Shown here: piece after piece, positions 58,602 to 64,000 of the stretch
How the letters are laid out: each line of letters begins with the position of its first letter
Position numbering within the stretch: position 1 is the first letter of the stretch
From: a candidate division WOR-3 bacterium
GTDB taxonomy: Bacteria > Hydrothermota > Tepidihabitantia > Tepidihabitantales > Tepidihabitantaceae
Direction: 5' to 3'
Length of the DNA stretch: 64,000 bases
NCBI GenBank assembly: GCA_965648905.1
Contig: CBFGIT010000001.1
Span: forward strand, 64,001 to 128,000
Position numbers and translations under genes: made by a program
Notes under the pieces: generated by a model
Database searches by the model: none
Told to the model about the DNA's origin: nothing
What the model saw: the letters and a program-made list of their open reading frames with translations, nothing else

Positions 58602-59498
58602 ATGCGCAAACCTGACTGGCTGAGAACCCGGCTGCCCTCAGGTCCTGAGTTCGACCGCGTCAACCGCGAACTCCGCGTCCGCGGACTAAATACGGTCTGC
58701 AGTTCGGCCCGCTGCCCGAACCTGGCCGAGTGCTGGGGCAAAGGCACGGCAACCTTCATGATTCTCGGGCGTACCTGCACGCGCCACTGCCGGTTCTGCT
58801 CGGTCGCTTCTGGCAACCCGCACGGCGCACTCGACCCGGACGAACCCCGCCGCGTGGCCGAAGCCGTGGCCGAACTCGGTATCACTTACGTCGTGCTCAC
58901 CTCGGTGGACAGAGACGACCTGCCGGATTTGGGGGCAGGCATATTTGCCGAGACGGTTCGGCAAGTCAGAATGCAGAGTGTAGAATGCAGAATGCAGAGC
59001 GCTCGCGCAGGAATTGGCAATCGGACATCGGAGACACCGCTGGTCGAGGTCCTGACGCCGGATTTTGGCGGTCGCGAAGACCTGGTAAGGCTGGTGGTCG
59101 AAGCCGGGCCAGACGTGTTCGGCCACAATCTTGAGACCGTCGAGCGCCTGACGCCTGCTGTCCGCGACCGCCGGGCTTCGTATCGCCGCTCGCTTGCGGT
59201 GCTCGCCATGGTCAAACGACTCGCGCCGCAGATGACCACCAAGAGCGGCCTGATGGTCGGGCTGGGCGAAACCGATGAAGAACTGCGCCAGGCCCTTGCC
59301 GACCTGCGCTCGGTCAACTGCGAGCTGGTCACGGTGGGCCAGTACCTGCAGCCCGCACGAACCTGCCTGCCGGTCCAGCGCTACCTGACCCAGGAAGAAT
59401 TCCTCGCACTTGAGCACGAGGCCCGAACCATGGGCTTCAGGAACGCTTTCTGCGGCCCACTCGTGCGCAGCTCGTACCATGCCGCCGAGCTGGCCTAG
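58602..59498 (+). CDS. lipA: Lipoyl synthase
   Basis: KPDWL, CxxxxCxxxxxC auxiliary cluster, CTRHCRFC, HNLETV, RSSYHA. Confidence 0.96.
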   Translation: MRKPDWLRTRLPSGPEFDRVNRELRVRGLNTVCSSARCPNLAECWGKGTATFMILGRTCTRHCRFCSVASGNPHGALDPDEPRRVAEAVAELGITYVVLTSVDRDDLPDLGAGIFAETVRQVRMQSVECRMQSARAGIGNRTSETPLVEVLTPDFGGREDLVRLVVEAGPDVFGHNLETVERLTPAVRDRRASYRRSLAVLAMVKRLAPQMTTKSGLMVGLGETDEELRQALADLRSVNCELVTVGQYLQPARTCLPVQRYLTQEEFLALEHEARTMGFRNAFCGPLVRSSYHAAELA

Positions 59499-59501
59499 AC
59501 C

Positions 59502-60872
59502 ATGAACACGCTCTCGTCTAAGGAAATCGATAACGGTCTGCGCGTCTCGATTGTCGAGGGTTCGTTCGCGACCCTGTATGCCACGCTCGCGGGCGGGATG
59601 TTCCTGAATGGCCTTGCGCTCTTTCTCGGCGCCAACTCATTCCAGATCGCTCTGCTCTCGGCCATCCCGGCACTGGTCACCGGCTTCTCGTTCCTTGCCG
59701 GATTCCTCGTGCGCCGGGCCGGCCGCCGTAAGCCGCTCGTACTCTGGACCGCGGGAGTCGGCCGCGCAGTCTTCATCGTCATCGTGCCCTTCCTGCTGCT
59801 CCAGCTCAAAGTCGGCCTCCTGCTCTTCTTCGCCACCATCGTGCTGTCAAGCATCCTTATGGCCATCGCCGGCACAACCTGGCAGTCGTGGATTTCCGAC
59901 CTCGTACCTGAAGAACGCCGGGGCCGGTTCTTCGGTCTGCGCAACGCGATTCATGGCCTTATCGGCGTCCTGACCGCGCTCACTGCCGGCCGCGCAATGG
60001 ACTTCTTGAAGTCACGGGGGCATGAGCTTACCGGCTACGGCCTTGCCTTTGGTCTGGCGGTTGTGTTCGGCCTCATCTCCACTCTGCTGCTCACCCGCCA
60101 GCCTGAACCAGCCATGCCTGAGAAACCGCCGGTCAGCCTGCGCGAACTGCTTTTTGGGCCACTCAAAGAACCGCAGTTCCGGCGCCTCACGACTTTCCTT
60201 GCGGTCTGGTTCCTCACCGGCACGCTCGCCTCGCCGTTCTACATGGTACACCTGCTCAAGAACCTGCATTTTTCCTTCACCGCCATCGGCGTCTACTCGA
60301 TAATCGGCGGGCTGACCGGACTCGTGTTCCAGCAGTTCTGGGGCCGGGTCATAGACAAATTCGGCTCGCGGCCGGTCACTATCCTCAACTTCTCCCTGGT
60401 CGGAATCATGCCGCTGCTCTGGATAATCGCCACCCCGACCTTTCGCCTGCCGATCTGGCTCGACGGCCTGCTCAATGGCATCATCTGGTCTGGTGCAAGC
60501 CTGGGACTCTGGAACCTGCTCCTTGACTTGGCCGACAACCCGCAGCGCAAAGAAAGCTACTTTGCCATCTACGGCGTGGTCACGGGCGTGGGCGCGTTCC
60601 TTGCCTCACTTCTTGCGGGCGCGGTCGCACAGGCCCTGTCCGGACTCCGCCTGCAGATTGCCGGATACACCTTCTTCAACTACGACGTGATGTTCCTTGC
60701 GTCCGGCCTCGCACGGTTCGCGTCTCTGCCCCTGCTGGCACGCGTGCACGAGCGGGACTCGAAGTCGGTGCGTCACACCGTGCGGGTCTTAGGCTCCCTT
60801 GCGCTCTGGCGTCTGAATGCGGGCAAAGACATGCTTCTCGACACCCTCGGCCTGCGCCAGCGAGAAGACTAA
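59502..60872 (+). CDS. MFS transporter
   Basis: About 12 TM helices, D.VPEERRGRFFG, GRVIDKFGSR. Confidence 0.88.
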   Translation: MNTLSSKEIDNGLRVSIVEGSFATLYATLAGGMFLNGLALFLGANSFQIALLSAIPALVTGFSFLAGFLVRRAGRRKPLVLWTAGVGRAVFIVIVPFLLLQLKVGLLLFFATIVLSSILMAIAGTTWQSWISDLVPEERRGRFFGLRNAIHGLIGVLTALTAGRAMDFLKSRGHELTGYGLAFGLAVVFGLISTLLLTRQPEPAMPEKPPVSLRELLFGPLKEPQFRRLTTFLAVWFLTGTLASPFYMVHLLKNLHFSFTAIGVYSIIGGLTGLVFQQFWGRVIDKFGSRPVTILNFSLVGIMPLLWIIATPTFRLPIWLDGLLNGIIWSGASLGLWNLLLDLADNPQRKESYFAIYGVVTGVGAFLASLLAGAVAQALSGLRLQIAGYTFFNYDVMFLASGLARFASLPLLARVHERDSKSVRHTVRVLGSLALWRLNAGKDMLLDTLGLRQRED

Positions 60873-60971
60873 CCGCTCGTCAACACGTTGCTGGAGCTAC
60901 TGGCGTCTGCGACTAACCGGCACGGCCGCAAGGCGTGCGGTTGACTTGCCTTCTGCTGCTGGTAGATTCCC

Positions 60972-62069
60972 GTGGTGCTAAAAGCGTCCTCTGGCTTCAC
61001 GCGAACGGTCTGCCTTGCCCTCGCGCTGGTGCTTTCTGCCTGCGACAGACCAAGCCCGCGACGCCGCCCCCGGCCACGTAGAAGCGTCACCGTACAGCAG
61101 CGGGGGCCAACAGAGAAACCAGTGCCTGCGTCGTCACCGGACTCGCTGCGCTACGAAAAACCGGTCATGGACCAACGGGTCCGCCAAGTGCCCGATGAAC
61201 TCAGCCGCGCAGTCAGACAAGACCCTGAGACCCATCTGCCCAAGCTGGTCGCATTCCTGGTCAGAGACTGCCACACCGACTCGGCCAAGGCCCGGGTAAT
61301 CCACGACTGGCTGGCCGACAATGTCGCCTACGATGTGCAGGGCTATGCCTCTGGTCGGTTGCCGAGCGGAAGGCCGGCTGACGTGCTTCGCACGGGCAGG
61401 TCGGTATGTCAGGGATTCGGCAACTTGTTCGAGCAGATGTGCAGGCTCGCCGGACTCGAGTGTGTCACCATTTCCGGATATGGCCGAGGCTACTCCTTCC
61501 GCCTCTTCGAAAACGAAGACCCAGCCAAGAGCAACCATGCTTGGAACGCCGTCCGAATCGAAGGCCGCTGGCGCCTGGTCGACGTCACCTGGGACGCCGG
61601 TCACATCGCTGGCAGGCAGTACATCAAAGACTACAACCTAGATTACTTCTTCCTCGACCCGAGTGCTTTCATCTTCACCCACTTTCCAGCCGACCCTTCC
61701 TGGCAGTTGCTGACACCGGCACTGACCCCGCAACAGTTCACTAACCTGCCCTTCCTGCGCGGCAACTTCTGGACCTATAAGCTCAAGTTCACTACTCAAT
61801 TCTCGCGAGTCAACCGAGTTGACCGCAAATTGGAGTTCTCAATCATAGCGCCGCCTAACGTCTCAGTGCTGGTCAACCTGTTGTCTGAAGACGAGCGCGA
61901 GATTCCATCAGCGGCCACGGTTCGCCGCGACGGCTGCGCACACGACATAGCGGTCACCTTCCCCAATCCAGGCCGCTGGCTCGTGAGGGTCTATGCTACG
62001 GCCAGCTTGCCTTCAGACATGCACCCTGGGGTCGCGGACTTAGGGTGCCGACTCGATATGTGTCGCTAG
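60972..62069 (+). CDS. Transglutaminase-like lipoprotein
   Basis: Lipobox LSAC. Catalytic triad VCQGF, HAWN, DVTW. Confidence 0.85.
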   Translation: MVLKASSGFTRTVCLALALVLSACDRPSPRRRPRPRRSVTVQQRGPTEKPVPASSPDSLRYEKPVMDQRVRQVPDELSRAVRQDPETHLPKLVAFLVRDCHTDSAKARVIHDWLADNVAYDVQGYASGRLPSGRPADVLRTGRSVCQGFGNLFEQMCRLAGLECVTISGYGRGYSFRLFENEDPAKSNHAWNAVRIEGRWRLVDVTWDAGHIAGRQYIKDYNLDYFFLDPSAFIFTHFPADPSWQLLTPALTPQQFTNLPFLRGNFWTYKLKFTTQFSRVNRVDRKLEFSIIAPPNVSVLVNLLSEDEREIPSAATVRRDGCAHDIAVTFPNPGRWLVRVYATASLPSDMHPGVADLGCRLDMCR

Positions 62070-63955
62070 CGCCGACTCTGCTCCGAGGCATTTGGCCCCG
62101 CGCCGGTAACCCCGTCGCTGCCATCCGTTGGCTCCGACGTACTCGACGGCCCCTTGTTACCTTTCTGCGGCAGCTTCTCAAGCGCCGACGACGCGGCTGC
62201 CATGACGATGGAAACCAGAAGGAAGATAATCACGCCCCAGAACTGAGTCGGGAACGACACGACCTGTCCCCGCCCAAGACACCAGAGCAGGGACAAAGGC
62301 CAAACCATTGGGAGGAGGGGTATGACAAAGAGGAGTGGGTAGACGAGCCACATCCAGCGGGCAGGGACGCGCTTCAGGGCTAGCCGCTTGAGGGATCCCA
62401 ATTGACGGAGCCAAAAATGAGTTGCCAGCGCAGAAGCAAAGAGGACCAGCAGAAATAGCATTGCTGCAGGTATCCCGCGCGGGCGCGCGAACGAACCCAC
62501 GATGACAACACTCCACCATCCCAGGACCACGAGCTCAGCCAAAGCTAACAGCCGCGGCGGTTGCCATGTTGGACAACGTCGGAGCCGCACTGTCGCGCTC
62601 ACGCAGTACACGGCGGCAAGGAAGAGTATCGTTAAGACTACGATTGCCCGGTCGCAGTCGGGGATGATGTAGTCATTGCTGCTGGTTGAGATGTCGATGC
62701 GCGAATTGGCGCGGTCGTGGTCAACCGTAATCAGACTCAGGCGCCTCAGGTCGAAGCTCATGAAACTGGGCGAACCCCCGATATCGGTGAATATCGACTG
62801 CTCCGCCCCGGTTCTGCCAACCCGAGCGGCCTCAGACAACGCCATTGCCCCCCGCAACAGATCGCCACCGGGGTCTGACGATACGAGAGCGACAACCTCT
62901 CGACGACCGGGTCTGTACGTGACCGCAATCTCCTTCTTCCCCGAAATAGCTTTCATCTGCCTGGACTTACCATTCAGTCTGATTCCCAAGGCTTCCATGC
63001 CCGGTAATGAGAAGATGTGGGTAGTACAACGTGCTGCAGCCGACAAGAGCCATGGTGTCACAGCCGAGAGTTGGACGAATCGACCATCTCGTTCGACAGC
63101 GAACGGCCCGAGCTTCTTCTTCGGCAACTCAGAGTTGCACCAGTACGGAGGGTAGATGCAGATGGTGGTCGACTCACCAGTTGCTGAGAAGTCCAGTACA
63201 AATGGTTCAGCAGTACACAGCATCGCCAGTAAGCGGTCGATTGCCTCCCGCACCCTGGCAACGAGGACGGCTGGGTCCCTGTACTGCCATACCCTGACGG
63301 TCAGCGCGGTGTCGCTCAGATCCAGCCTCGGGCACAGGCGCTGCCACAACCTGCCGCGGTAGTATCTGGTCGTGTCACGTGGCCCCTTCTGGAGAAAGAC
63401 AGGGAGCAACACGACCAGTTCGTTGGCTGACTCGAAGAGCCGGACAGAGTTCTCAAACGACGAATCAGCCCGAGCCAAGTTTTCGCCATTGAGTACGACG
63501 CATGAGTTGTCTGACTCCTCGCTCCAGATGCCATCCGTGAGGATGATCGCGAGCTTCACCTTTCTGTCCTTGAGCTCATAACACGCGCGCGGTTCATCCT
63601 CTCTCCGGTCCTGCCCGAACCACCTGAACAAGTCGACCAACCTAGTCTGGGTGTCGGTGCAGCGCACCCTGTCGCACGGATCGAACCCGCGAACGGCATT
63701 ACCGAAGAGAAAAATGGGAATCCTTGTGCCGACGCGCACGACTGAGCCAGGCCGCTTCGCGACCATGTCGAGTAGGGTTTCGACAGCGTGACAGCTTTGT
63801 GAGACATCGAGGAACAAGGCAACCTCGACCGTCTGGTCCAGAGCACTGTAATCTAGCCCGGTCTCCACAACACACTGAGCAAGCTTCCTGTCAAGGAACA
63901 AACCCCGCTTGATCTTACACACGTACTGCACGAGTTTCCCGGCTTGCTCGCTCAT
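62066..63955 (-). CDS. Hypothetical membrane protein with N-terminal vWA-like domain
   Basis: LDVSQS and IILTDG resemble MIDAS. About 5 C-terminal TM helices. Confidence 0.55.
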   Translation of the reverse strand: MSEQAGKLVQYVCKIKRGLFLDRKLAQCVVETGLDYSALDQTVEVALFLDVSQSCHAVETLLDMVAKRPGSVVRVGTRIPIFLFGNAVRGFDPCDRVRCTDTQTRLVDLFRWFGQDRREDEPRACYELKDRKVKLAIILTDGIWSEESDNSCVVLNGENLARADSSFENSVRLFESANELVVLLPVFLQKGPRDTTRYYRGRLWQRLCPRLDLSDTALTVRVWQYRDPAVLVARVREAIDRLLAMLCTAEPFVLDFSATGESTTICIYPPYWCNSELPKKKLGPFAVERDGRFVQLSAVTPWLLSAAARCTTHIFSLPGMEALGIRLNGKSRQMKAISGKKEIAVTYRPGRREVVALVSSDPGGDLLRGAMALSEAARVGRTGAEQSIFTDIGGSPSFMSFDLRRLSLITVDHDRANSRIDISTSSNDYIIPDCDRAIVVLTILFLAAVYCVSATVRLRRCPTWQPPRLLALAELVVLGWWSVVIVGSFARPRGIPAAMLFLLVLFASALATHFWLRQLGSLKRLALKRVPARWMWLVYPLLFVIPLLPMVWPLSLLWCLGRGQVVSFPTQFWGVIIFLLVSIVMAAASSALEKLPQKGNKGPSSTSEPTDGSDGVTGAGPNASEQSRR

Positions 63956-64000
63956 GGGGGAGGTTCCTTCGATCTTCTGTTGTATGTACTCCTCAACATC

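Noticed and set aside
1..64000. Alternative genetic code (TGA = Trp or Gly) as the explanation for in-frame TGAs
   Set aside because: Conserved genes end at TGA exactly where expected (guaA ...IEWE, cas6, ATGA/GTGA overlaps) and TGG encodes Trp, so TGA is normally a stop.
1..64000. tRNA (including tRNA-Sec) or rRNA genes
   Set aside because: No cloverleaf with T-loop consensus and no rRNA-like sequence was recognised in intergenic regions.

Overview
GC-rich bacterial chromosomal window. The C-terminal sorting-like domains, Gram-negative envelope genes and heptamer repeats would fit a WOR-3-like or FCB-related lineage, but that is inference. Contents in order: (1) a non-pyrrolysine MttB/corrinoid/homocysteine-methyltransferase cluster; (2) pyrKDFE, secreted beta-propeller proteins and housekeeping genes (holA, leuS, guaA, RluA-family, rph, murI, amidase, ftsY, smc, der, lepB); (3) a complete type III-A CRISPR-Cas locus with a CARF effector and a 37-bp-repeat array; (4) an envelope redox operon, lipA, an MFS transporter and others. 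Strongest unusual signals: four copies of a 121-128 bp hairpin element sit inside CRISPR repeats, duplicating the repeat core. That element is built from the same heptamer motifs scattered through the window, including in-frame inside genes. A 395-bp coding-like giant spacer ends the array. Four in-frame TGA codons each have a hairpin just downstream (putative selenocysteine): two in UxxC motifs and two in secreted non-redox folds. No database searches or folding programs were run; family calls come from motif recognition.
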